This document shows, in pieces, positions 1-9,262 of a DNA stretch of 64,000 bases. This DNA comes from Kofleriaceae bacterium. Its GTDB lineage: Bacteria; Myxococcota_A; Polyangia; Haliangiales; Haliangiaceae. The stretch spans positions 32,001-96,000 of the forward strand of contig CBDCCZ010000039.1 of the NCBI GenBank assembly GCA_965215005.1. Direction: 5' to 3'. Positions within the stretch are counted from its first letter, which is position 1, and each line of letters opens with the position of its first letter. The translations under genes and the position numbers were made by a program. Under the pieces are notes generated by a model. It was given only the letters and a program-made list of their open reading frames with translations. It did no database searches and was not told the DNA's origin.

Positions 1-561
1 GTCATCGAACAGCTCGACCGCATTGCTGCTTGGGGCAGCGCGCGGCAAGCGGCGTGGTCGGATTACTTCGAATACGTGCATCGGTTCCTGCGCGATGTGG
101 TGCGTCTGGACCCGGCGCGAGCGCTCAGCCAGCGGTTGCGCGAGCAGCTCGCCGGCAGCACCGCGCGACCGTTCGCCCTCGCGATCGCCGCTGCCCCGCG
201 CCTGCGACTACTCCGCGACGTCGAGCTGCCGAGCGATGAGCGAGCGCCGGTGTCGCGACCGCGGTCCAAACGCGAGCGCGAGCCAGCGGCGGTGGCAACC
301 GAGGATGCACGTGCGCAGCTCGCCAGTCGCGTGCGCGCATCTCTGGCCGAGGGAGCGCGCTCTCTGTCGGCGGTGACCGCGGACGTCACCGCCGACTTGC
401 CGACCGAGGCGCATTACGGCGCTGCGGGTCGAGTCGCCGAAGCAGTGGCTGAGCTGCGACGGCCAAGCCCCGGGCGCGAGCGCGAGTGGACCGCGGCCAC
501 GGAGGAGTTGCTAATCGAAGAGTGGCCGCTGCCCGGCGGCGAAGCGGGAGACCCACAATGA
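1..561 (+). CDS. mukF: Chromosome partition protein MukF (kleisin), C-terminal part; 5' end lies outside the window
   Basis: Frame open from base 1: VIEQLDRIAAWGSARQAAWSDYFEYVHRFLRDVVRLDPARALSQRLRE resembles the MukF segment [37 protein letters not shown]. Its stop overlaps the mukE start (ATGA). Confidence 0.88.
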   Translation, partial: VIEQLDRIAAWGSARQAAWSDYFEYVHRFLRDVVRLDPARALSQRLREQLAGSTARPFALAIAAAPRLRLLRDVELPSDERAPVSRPRSKREREPAAVATEDARAQLASRVRASLAEGARSLSAVTADVTADLPTEAHYGAAGRVAEAVAELRRPSPGREREWTAATEELLIEEWPLPGGEAGDPQ

Positions 562-1280
562 GCAGTCACGCCGAGTTTGCCGAGCTCGCGGAGGTGCTCG
601 CCACCGAGGTCTTTCCCGACGTCGATCTCGCGCTGCGAGCTGGCCGTCACATCGATCGCGACGACGAGCAGTGGTACGAGTTTCTGTGCGCGGGACAAGA
701 GCACCTCGAGACGTTCTATCGCCGCTATGGCTGCGAGCTCATCCATCCGCCCGATGGCTACTTTTACCTCTTGCCGAGCGGCGATAAGTTGCCGCGACGC
801 CACCTCAGCAGCGGCGATATGCTGGTCGGCCAAGCGCTGGCGCTGCTATATCTCGATCCCGCCACTGTCGAGCACGGCGGCAGCGTCCATCGCGATCAGG
901 TGCTCGCGCAGCTCGACGGGGTGGTCGGCACCGACGCCCTAATCCGAGCGTTTCACCCGCAGCGCCGCCGCTACGACGAGCGCGTGGCGCAACAGGCGGT
1001 GCGCAAGAAAGTCGGCGAGTCGATTCGACGGCTGGCGGCGCTCGGGTTCCTTCGCCTCGCTGGCGAAGAGCATCTGCAACTCGGCACCGCGCTGCTCCGC
1101 TTCGCCGAGCCAGCACGCGCCAGTAGCGAGCCGGCAGCGGCTCTGCAGCGACTCATCGCTCGCGGTGAGGTGGCGCTCATCGAGGACCGCGCCAGCGAAG
1201 GCAGCGGCGGGGCATCCGGTGAGGTGGACGCGGGCTCCGGTGAGGTGGACGCGGGCTCCGGTGAGGTGGACGCGGAATGA
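558..1280 (+). CDS. mukE: Chromosome partition protein MukE (KITE subunit)
   Basis: FPDVDLALRAGRHI, LETFYRRYGCELIHPPDGYFYLLP, DMLVGQALALLYLDP and LLRFAEP match MukE motifs. ATG 558 overlaps the mukF stop and the stop overlaps the mukB start. Confidence 0.92.
   Translation: MSSHAEFAELAEVLATEVFPDVDLALRAGRHIDRDDEQWYEFLCAGQEHLETFYRRYGCELIHPPDGYFYLLPSGDKLPRRHLSSGDMLVGQALALLYLDPATVEHGGSVHRDQVLAQLDGVVGTDALIRAFHPQRRRYDERVAQQAVRKKVGESIRRLAALGFLRLAGEEHLQLGTALLRFAEPARASSEPAAALQRLIARGEVALIEDRASEGSGGASGEVDAGSGEVDAGSGEVDAE
1215..1275 (+). repeat. 21-bp tandem repeat x3 (TCCGGTGAGGTGGACGCGGGC) encoding SGEVDAG x3 in the acidic MukE tail
   Basis: Copies start at 1215, 1236 and 1257; the third is truncated just before the stop. 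Confidence 0.95.
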
Positions 1281-4200
1281 GGACGCGCGCCACGGCGCTG
1301 GCGCTGGTGAACTGGCGTGGCGTCTTTTATGAGCGCTACCTGTTAGATCCACACGTCACTGCGCTCGAGGGCGCCAATGGCGCCGGCAAAACCACCGTGA
1401 TGATCGCCGCGTACGTGGTGCTGCTGCCCGATCTATCGCGGCTGCGCTTCACCAACCTCGGCGAGAGCGGCGCCAGCGGCGGCGACCGCGGAATCTGGGG
1501 GCGGCTCGGCGAAACCGGTCGCCCGTCCTACGCGGCCTTCGATCTCACGCTTGGCGATGGGTCGCGAATGGTCGTCGGAGTGCGGCTACGACGCAAAGCC
1601 GAACCAACCGTCGAGGCCACTCCGTTCATCGTCACCGGTCTGGGAGAGGCTGCGCTGCAAGATTTGCTGCTCGTCCGCCAGCTCGACGAGGACCACGTGC
1701 CGGAGCTCGACGAGGTGCGCGGCAACTGCCGGCGCCTGGGCGCCACGTTAGAGGTATTTCGCAGCAGCAAAGACTATTTCGCGGCGCTGTTCGAGCGCGG
1801 CGTGTCGCCCCTGCGGCTCGCCAGCGACGAAGACAAAAACAAGCTCAACGAGATGCTGCGCACGAGCATGACCGGCGGCATCTCCCGCGCGCTCACCAGC
1901 GAGCTGCGCTCGTTCTTGCTCAAAGAAGAAACCGGCCTTTCCGACACCCTCAGCCGCATGCGCTCTAACCTCGAGACCGCTCGCCGCAGCCGCTCCGAGG
2001 TCGCTGAGGCGCGCGTGCTCGAGCGCGAAATCACCGGTGTCTACGAGGCCGGCGCGGCCATGTTCGCCGCGAGCTGGCGCCTGCTTCGCAGCCAAGCCGA
2101 AGCGGCACGTGCCGCAAGCCTGGCCGCCGAGCAGGCGCTCCGCGCTGGCGAAGACGCGCGGGTGGCGCTCGCGACCACCGTTGCCGGGCATGCGGGAACC
2201 GTGGCCGAGACCCAGCGCCGCCTCGATGCCGCGCGCAAGGCAGTGCAAACCGCGGTTGCCGCGCGCCAACGACAGCAGCGCGCTGCGGCGCTCGCCGCAG
2301 CGCTAGCTAGTATCGATGCGGAGCTGGGCGAGCGGCATCGAGCAGCCATTGCCGCGCAAGCTGGGCTCGCGGCGATCGACTCCGAACGCGCCGAGCAGCG
2401 CGTGGCTCACGAAGCCGCGCGCGATGCCTACGACCGCGCCGCCCGCGGGCTTGCGCACCTGCAAGAGGGCCTGGACGAGCTGCATCGGCGCGCCAACACC
2501 TACCGCCGTGCCCAGCAGCGACTCGAAGCGGCGCGTAACCTGCTAGAGCAGCCGAGCTTGACCGCGGACGACGCCGTCGCCACTCTCGCCCGCCTCACCG
2601 AGCGCTGCGCCCGCATCGACCAGCAGCGCGCCCGCATCGACAGTGAGCTTGCGACCGCCAGCGCCCGCCACAGCGACTACGACGCCGCTAGCGCCGCCTT
2701 CGCCCGCATCGAGACGCGTCTGCGCGCGGTTCCTCTCGGAGACTCTGCACAAATTAGCGCTCATTCGAACGAGCAGCTCGCTGCGACGTCACAAGGGTCA
2801 CCCGCTCCGACGCCGCAACCATCCGAGCATGGCGAGAGCGCGCTGCACACGCGGGCTCGCGGCCAGCTCGCAACGCTCGCAGCTCATGAAGCCGCAGTCG
2901 CTCGCAGTAAACCGCTCGAAGCCGAGCTGCGCGAGGCAAGGGCTCTGTTCGATCGGCAGCGGCACGTGCGACAACACGCTGCGACGCTCGGGCTCGCGGT
3001 CGGTCGAGCCGGAAGTGCCGAGGCGCTCACGCAGCGCCTGAGCGAGCTGGAAGCTGCGTGGATTGCCGCGACCGAAGAGGCTCACGCGCATGCGCGACGC
3101 GCCGATGATCATGAACGCGCGGCCGTCGCGGCCGACATCGAGCGCCGCACGTTGGAAGACCGCAGTGCCCGCTGGAAAAGCGCCGTCCAGGCCACCGAGC
3201 GGCTCGCCGAGGCGCTCGGGACGGCCATCGCCGAGCTCGAGCATGGCGAGATCACAAAACGGCTCGCGCGCGAGCACGCCGCGGCGGTCGCGCGGCATGC
3301 AGCGCTCATTGACGAGCGAGAGGATGCGCTGCGCCGCGCCGCCGCCCTCGATGGCAGCGGCGGCGACCTCCCAAGTGAGCTCCTGCGGCTCCGCGATGAG
3401 CTCGGCGGCGAGCTCTTAGCAGCGCGATTCGAAGAGCTCGATCTCGCGACTGCAGCGCAGCTCGAGGCACGTCTTGGGCCATTGGCGGCAGCGATTGTCG
3501 TCGAGGACCCCGAGGCCGCCGCCCGCGAGCTCGCACTCCGCGGAATCGAGCCGACAAGTGTGTGGCTCATCGCTGCGGGCGCCAGCGTCACGGCGCTCGA
3601 CGAGCATAGCGAGCCAACCAGCGGCACCGTCATCGTGCGCGAGAGCGAGAGCTTGCGCGTCACCACCGTGCCGAGCACGCCGACTCTTGGGCGCCGCGCG
3701 CGGCAAGAGCGAGCCGCCGCGCTGCGCGCCCACGCCAAAGCGCTCGCGACCGAGCTCGATGAAGCGCTTGGCCAGATGCACGAGCTCGCCAGCTTGCGTC
3801 GCGACCTCGCCGACATCGGCGACGACGCATTGCTCGGCAGTGAAGATCCCAACGTCGCGCTCGCCACCTGCCTCCAGCTTCTTGACGAGGCGCGGCAGTC
3901 GGCGGGCGGTTGCCGCCGCGACGCCGAGCTGCAGCGCGCACGCAGCGCCACGCTGCGCGGCGAGCTCGATGCGCTGCGCCAGCTGCACGCCGACGCGCTG
4001 CTGCTCGATCCTCCCGACTATTCCGAGCGCGCCGAAAGGCTGGCAGCCGAGCTCCTTGTGGCGCGCCAGAGCCGCGCGCTCCTGGCCGACGTCGCGACCG
4101 ACCGCCAGCTCCTCTCCGAGCGCATCGACGCGCTGCGGGCCCCACCGCCGAGCACCACCACCCTGGCGGCCGAGCGCGCGTCGCTGGCCGCCGAGCGCGA

Positions 4201-5977
4201 TCGCGTGTTTGCTGCCCGCGAAGCGCTCGAGGAGCTGCTCGCGCACCGTCACGCGCTGACCTGGAGCGATGCGCAGCGGGCGGTCGATGAGCGCGCCAAC
4301 GTGGTTCCTGCGCTCGAAGAGCAGCACGCCGCGGCGCGCAGCGCTGTCGACTTGGCGGTTCAAGCACTCGCCGTGAGCGATCAAACGTGGCAGGCCGCGG
4401 CGCTCGCGCTGCAAAGCTGCGAGGCCGAGCGAGCTAGTGCGGTTGCCGCGCGCGAGCGTCTCGCCGCCGAGCTCGCCGCGCTCGGCGAGATGCACTCTGA
4501 CGCCGCCGACGTCGAGGCTGCCGAGGCCAAGGCTCGTCAGCTCGAGGCTGAAATTCTGGCCGTGGCTGAAGCCGGCGCACGCGACCGCCAGCGACTCGAG
4601 CACGCAGAAGCGCGCGTTCGCGAGCTACACGAGGACGCCGCCGCTGCCAACCGAGCCGCCACACCGGCGAAATTCGCGTGGAATGCGTTGCGGGATGCGT
4701 GCACCGCGCACCAGCTGGTGCCGCCCGCGAGCCAGGATCTCGGGCGACCCGCCGAGCTCGCGGCGGAGGCCACTACCCAGCGAGAGCTGCTCCTCGAGCG
4801 TCTGGCGCGCGCGCGCGGAGGCAGCGAGCTCGCCGCGCAGCTCACGCAACTCGCCGCTGGCAATCCAAAGGTCGGTGCTCCAGCGCGGACAAGCAGCAGC
4901 GACGACTCCACCCTCACGCTCATCGCAACCGCCGATGCGTTGCCAACCGGCGGCGACGCGCCGCCGAGCGGCAACGATGAAACTCCTCCCAACGCCGTCG
5001 ACGCGGTCATAGAAGCATGGCTGCTGGTGCGCGATTGGTTGCGACGGCGCGTGCCTGCCGCCGTCGCCGACACCGGCGATGCGCTGTTGGCGCTCGAGCG
5101 GCTGCGCGAGCACTTGGCGGTGCTCGAGTCGCGCCTTGGCCGTCAAGAGGCCGATCTGCGCGCCGCCGCCACCGATATTACGCGCGGCATCGAAGTCCAG
5201 CTGCGCCGCGCTAGCTGGCAAGTGCGCCGACTGAGCGAGCACCTCGAAGGAATCTCGTTCGGCAGCATCGGCGCCATCCGGGTGCAAATGCAGCGCGTCG
5301 AGCGAATGGATCAAATTCTCGCGGCACTGCGCGAAGGCGATGCCCAGGAGCTTTTGTTCCAGTCCTCGCTGCCCATCGAAGAAGCCTTGGAAGAGATCTT
5401 TCGCCGCTATGGCGGTGGCCGCAGCGGTGGCCAACGGCTCCTCGATTATCGCGAGTATCTGCACCTCACCGTTGAGATTCGCCGGCGGTCGGCGGAGTCG
5501 TGGGAGCCGGCGAACGCGACTCGACTGTCCACCGGCGAAGCCATCGGCGTCGGCGCCGCATTGATGATGGTCGTGCTGACCGAATGGGAGCGCGATGCCA
5601 ATCTACTGCGCGCGCGTCGCACCGGTGGCAGCCTGCGTTTTCTGTTCCTCGACGAAGCCAATCGCCTCTCACGCGATAACCTCGCGGTGCTGTTCGAGCT
5701 GTGCCGCCATCTCGATTTGCAGCTCCTGATTGCCGCACCCGAAGTTGCGCAGGCCGAAGGCAACACCACGTATCGACTGGTGCGACGCCTGCGCGACGAT
5801 GGTGGTGAAGAAGTTTGGGTGACCGGTCGTCGCGCTCGCGATCGAAGGCACTCGGAAGAGGATTCACCAGCAGAACCACTCTCGCCTGCAAAATCGGATG
5901 AGCCAATCGCGGCATTCGATAGCGAAATCGATCACGCTGCAGAGCGGCAGCTCGACGAGCCATCCCAACCGCGGTAG
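1277..5977 (+). CDS. mukB: Chromosome partition protein MukB (SMC-family ATPase)
   Basis: N-terminal LVNWRG..., Walker A GANGAGKTT, long coiled coils with a central hinge-like region (LEARLGPLAAAIVVED), signature LSTGEAIG, Walker B FLFLDEA and QLLIAAPE; 1566 aa. Confidence 0.95.
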   Translation: MRTRATALALVNWRGVFYERYLLDPHVTALEGANGAGKTTVMIAAYVVLLPDLSRLRFTNLGESGASGGDRGIWGRLGETGRPSYAAFDLTLGDGSRMVVGVRLRRKAEPTVEATPFIVTGLGEAALQDLLLVRQLDEDHVPELDEVRGNCRRLGATLEVFRSSKDYFAALFERGVSPLRLASDEDKNKLNEMLRTSMTGGISRALTSELRSFLLKEETGLSDTLSRMRSNLETARRSRSEVAEARVLEREITGVYEAGAAMFAASWRLLRSQAEAARAASLAAEQALRAGEDARVALATTVAGHAGTVAETQRRLDAARKAVQTAVAARQRQQRAAALAAALASIDAELGERHRAAIAAQAGLAAIDSERAEQRVAHEAARDAYDRAARGLAHLQEGLDELHRRANTYRRAQQRLEAARNLLEQPSLTADDAVATLARLTERCARIDQQRARIDSELATASARHSDYDAASAAFARIETRLRAVPLGDSAQISAHSNEQLAATSQGSPAPTPQPSEHGESALHTRARGQLATLAAHEAAVARSKPLEAELREARALFDRQRHVRQHAATLGLAVGRAGSAEALTQRLSELEAAWIAATEEAHAHARRADDHERAAVAADIERRTLEDRSARWKSAVQATERLAEALGTAIAELEHGEITKRLAREHAAAVARHAALIDEREDALRRAAALDGSGGDLPSELLRLRDELGGELLAARFEELDLATAAQLEARLGPLAAAIVVEDPEAAARELALRGIEPTSVWLIAAGASVTALDEHSEPTSGTVIVRESESLRVTTVPSTPTLGRRARQERAAALRAHAKALATELDEALGQMHELASLRRDLADIGDDALLGSEDPNVALATCLQLLDEARQSAGGCRRDAELQRARSATLRGELDALRQLHADALLLDPPDYSERAERLAAELLVARQSRALLADVATDRQLLSERIDALRAPPPSTTTLAAERASLAAERDRVFAAREALEELLAHRHALTWSDAQRAVDERANVVPALEEQHAAARSAVDLAVQALAVSDQTWQAAALALQSCEAERASAVAARERLAAELAALGEMHSDAADVEAAEAKARQLEAEILAVAEAGARDRQRLEHAEARVRELHEDAAAANRAATPAKFAWNALRDACTAHQLVPPASQDLGRPAELAAEATTQRELLLERLARARGGSELAAQLTQLAAGNPKVGAPARTSSSDDSTLTLIATADALPTGGDAPPSGNDETPPNAVDAVIEAWLLVRDWLRRRVPAAVADTGDALLALERLREHLAVLESRLGRQEADLRAAATDITRGIEVQLRRASWQVRRLSEHLEGISFGSIGAIRVQMQRVERMDQILAALREGDAQELLFQSSLPIEEALEEIFRRYGGGRSGGQRLLDYREYLHLTVEIRRRSAESWEPANATRLSTGEAIGVGAALMMVVLTEWERDANLLRARRTGGSLRFLFLDEANRLSRDNLAVLFELCRHLDLQLLIAAPEVAQAEGNTTYRLVRRLRDDGGEEVWVTGRRARDRRHSEEDSPAEPLSPAKSDEPIAAFDSEIDHAAERQLDEPSQPR

Positions 5978-6055
5978 CCGGATGCCGCGGTTGCGAACGC
6001 GTCGCCTGCGCTCGAATAACTCGCGCAAAGCGAGGCGCCGCGCGAACACTGTATT

Positions 6056-6071
6056 CGGCACAAGCCGTGCT
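6056..6071 (+). promoter_or_regulatory. Putative sigma-54 (-24/-12) promoter of the multiheme lipoprotein operon
   Basis: CGGCAC-AAGCC-GTGCT has GG-N10-GC spacing, about 45 nt upstream of an AGGAGG-preceded start at 6117/6120. Confidence 0.6.
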
Positions 6072-6116
6072 ACCGCCGCCTCCGTCCGCCTCATTCACAC
6101 GGCGGCCCAGGAGGAC

Positions 6117-9100
6117 GTGTTGGCTACCCGATCGAGAAACTCACTTTTAGCGCTCGTTATTCCCGCAACGCTCGCTGCCGCCTGCGGCGGCGGCTCTGAT
6201 TCGCTCAACCTCGAGGTTACCTACGATGACGGCACCGGCCATCTGCAAGCGGCGATGAATCGCGAGCTCGCAGAGGGGGCCACGTTGCATATGCGCGTGC
6301 GCCGCGGCGCCGTCGGTGCCCTCGACTGCGCTACCGCAGCGGCCGAGATTCCGCGCATTGACCAAGAGCGTCTTTCTGGCACCAAGCGACCTACGTTCAA
6401 GGGCCGCAGGTCGACTCGAGCATCTTCGAGAGCCAGTACACCACCGATTGGCTGAGTCATAACGAGCCCACCGCGGAGATGCTCGAAGCCATCGCCGGCG
6501 GCGAATACCTCGTCGACGTCTGCCTGATGAACGGCAGCGACGTCACCGCGCAGCTCGAGATCGATGTCCGTCGCGCGCTCGACCGCGCTGGCGGCAAGAA
6601 TGGCAAGTACGACGAAAGCGACGAGACGCGCATCGCGAGCACCGTGGCGTACGGCGAGTACTGCGTCGATGAGCTCGGCGAGATTCCATTCTTCGAACAG
6701 GTCGGCGAGAACGACTGGGACACGTTCAACTGCCTCGACGCCACGCCCATCCCGATGACCGTGACGCTGGCCGATGGCACCGTCGAGCGGCCGACCGAAG
6801 AGCGTGAGCAATGCGACAACCCGCAGTACATCTACGATAGCTGCGAGCCCAACGCCGTCGATGGCCGTTCTAACGGCCCGCGCGTCACCAGCGCCTCCAA
6901 CGACCAAGGCACTCACTGGGTGCTCTTGTGCCGCAAGGCCAAGGAGCAGGAGGGCAGCTACAACGACATCGCGATGATCGGTCACAACCCGTACAGCGGC
7001 AAGACGTGCTTCTTTCAGAACGCGCTCTATCGCCGCACCGATGGCCTCAAGGTGCCCCACCCGTCAGATACCGTTGAGTCGGAGCAGTCGCCAGCACAGT
7101 CGCTCAATCTGTGGGAAGGAATTCACGGCGGTCTGGGCAGCGGCATCGAGTGCGCCGAGTGCCATGACGCCGACGCCTTCGTTCACACCCCTTGGATCGA
7201 CGGCGCCCTAAACGGCGAAGGCGACCCAATCGTGCCCAAGATGGGCATCAACGACGACTTCGTGCTCGGCTTCAACGATGCTCCCTACAGCATCCTCAAT
7301 GCTGCCGGCCAGGGCTGGAGCATGCCCAAGCAGCTCGTTAGTGAAGAAGCTAGCGCCTGCACCAGCTGCCACCGTATGGGCAGCGGCCGCTGGACCAGCA
7401 GCTGGATCGACCGTCTCGTCGGGCAAGACCAAGCATGGACGGCAATCACCAGCGAGAGTCATCGCAGCTTCGAAAACGTCTTCTGGATGCCGCCCGAGGT
7501 CGACGGCCTCGACGCCGAAACCTGGCCCACCTCGACCTTTGGCCGCGCCGTCGCATTCATTCAAGAGTGCGGGCGCAATCCCGAGAGCTGCCAATGGGAA
7601 GAGCTGCCGCGTGAGCCCATCGCCGACGACGGCGGCTTGCCCACCATCGAGCTCGAAGGTCGCGCGCTCGCGGTCAGTGCGCTCACCGCGCTCGGCGCGG
7701 ATATCGAAGACCCCAGCTGCCCGGACGGCAACTGCGGCACACGCCGCTGCGCCGAGTGTCACTCGGTATCGCGCGGTGGCCTGGGTCGCTGGCTCGACGA
7801 CACCCAGCGCGCTTGGGACGATTGCGGCCTATCGCGTGACGCTGACGAGATGAGCCCGGAAGAAGCGCTGACCGCAGTCAATTGTCTGCGCGTCGACCCA
7901 ACCGACGCCGACTCGGTGTTCGCCGCCGCCAACCTCGGCATCTTGACCACGGGCGTCCAGTACAGCCCATTCCGCAAGCTCTTCCGCCGCGCCTTTGGCG
8001 ACCGCTGGCTCGCGCCGTACACGCAGTTCAAGGCACGCGTGGGAATGCCCAAGGGCAGCCATCCCAAGTTCAGCCAGCGCGAGTTTGCCACGGTCGTGAA
8101 GTGGTTCCAGAACGACTTGGTCGCCATCGACGAAGTCATGCAAGAAGCACCACCGCCGGCGGTCTGCACCCCGCGCATCGACACGCCAGCCATGACGGCG
8201 CACGTGCAGGACATGCAGTTTGATGGCTGGGGCGCGGTCAACGCAGACAACGGCATCCGCATGTTCGGCTGCTCGGCCAGTGGCCAAGACTGCTTCACCA
8301 ACGGCTCCTTTCCCAACCGCAGCAGCGACTGGGGCAACGGCATCGGCGCGATTCGCCAGCTCACCAAGCTCGGCTTCCGCACCAGCTTCTGGACCCGTAC
8401 GTCCGCAGATGGTCGCTTCGTTGGCAACGGTGGCGGCAGCGCAGGGTCGACTATCACCGACTTGGCGCGCGGTATCGATATCGGCGTGAAGGCCTCTTAC
8501 GACCCCGGCTTCTTCCCGGACAACTCGGGCTTCATCTTCCAAGGCTCGGTTGGCGGCGCTGGCATCTGTACTCAGAGCGTGCTCGAGAACGATGACCTCA
8601 TCGACTTCGAAGAAGCGCAATGCATCAAAGCGCGCGGCATCAACCTCTATCAGCACGTTGCTCGTGGCGTGAATGGCGGCGACTACTTCGTCATCAACAG
8701 CCAGTTCACCAGCGATGCCGGTGGCGGCAACACCGACCCGGCGGCATTCTTCAACGCGACCTCGACGATGAAATTTACCCCGATGCTCTTCAACGGCACC
8801 ACGTATGAGCCGCTGAGCCCGGTGGTGGTCGAGTCTCCGTACGAGGGAGACTCGGTGCTTTCGCCCTCGAGCCGCCTGGTCGGCAGCCGGCTTTCTGGCC
8901 CCGATGGCAAATCGCTCGGCTACGTCATTCGGCGCGTCAACGCCAGTCGCTTTGGCGACAGCTACCGCATCGACATCGACCGCACGTTGGCGACGCTCTG
9001 CATGCCGGGCGCGAAGCTCAACTTCTCGTTCGACGAGCGCTTCATCGTTACCCACCACTACGAGAACCAGACCGCCAATATCTATCTGGCAGATCTGCTC

Positions 9101-9256
9101 ACCGGTGAGCGCTACCAGATCACCAACATGCCGGAGGGCAGCAGAGCGCTGTTCCCGCACTTCCGGTCGGACGGCTGGTTTTACTTCCTGGTCAACACCG
9201 CTGATGGCGAGCAATACGTCGTCGCCAGCGATGCAGCCGTCACCCTCGCCCGCTGA
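6117..9256 (+). pseudogene. Large multiheme c-type cytochrome lipoprotein (3 CxxCH, C-terminal beta-propeller-like region), split by a one-base frameshift near 6401-6404 (real lesion or sequencing error)
   Basis: AGGAGG then GTG/TTG and a lipobox (LAAAC). This frame stops at 6455, while the 6479-9256 frame is open back past 6401 (GPQVDSSIFESQYTTDWL...). Heme motifs CAECH, CTSCH and CAECH; C-terminal SADGRF/FFPDNSG/LSPSSRL/FSFDERF/FRSDGWF repeats typical of TolB-like propellers. Confidence 0.75.
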
Positions 9257-9262
9257 GACCTC

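Noticed and set aside
1..5977. Wadjet (JetABCD) / MksBEFG anti-plasmid system
   Set aside because: The motifs match MukF/E/B proper and no JetD/MksG gene follows. The region upstream is not visible, so this is not fully excluded.
6396..6410. Programmed -1 ribosomal frameshift
   Set aside because: TTCAAGGGCCG is not an X-XXY-YYZ slippery site and I saw no clear stimulatory hairpin; an error or mutation is simpler.
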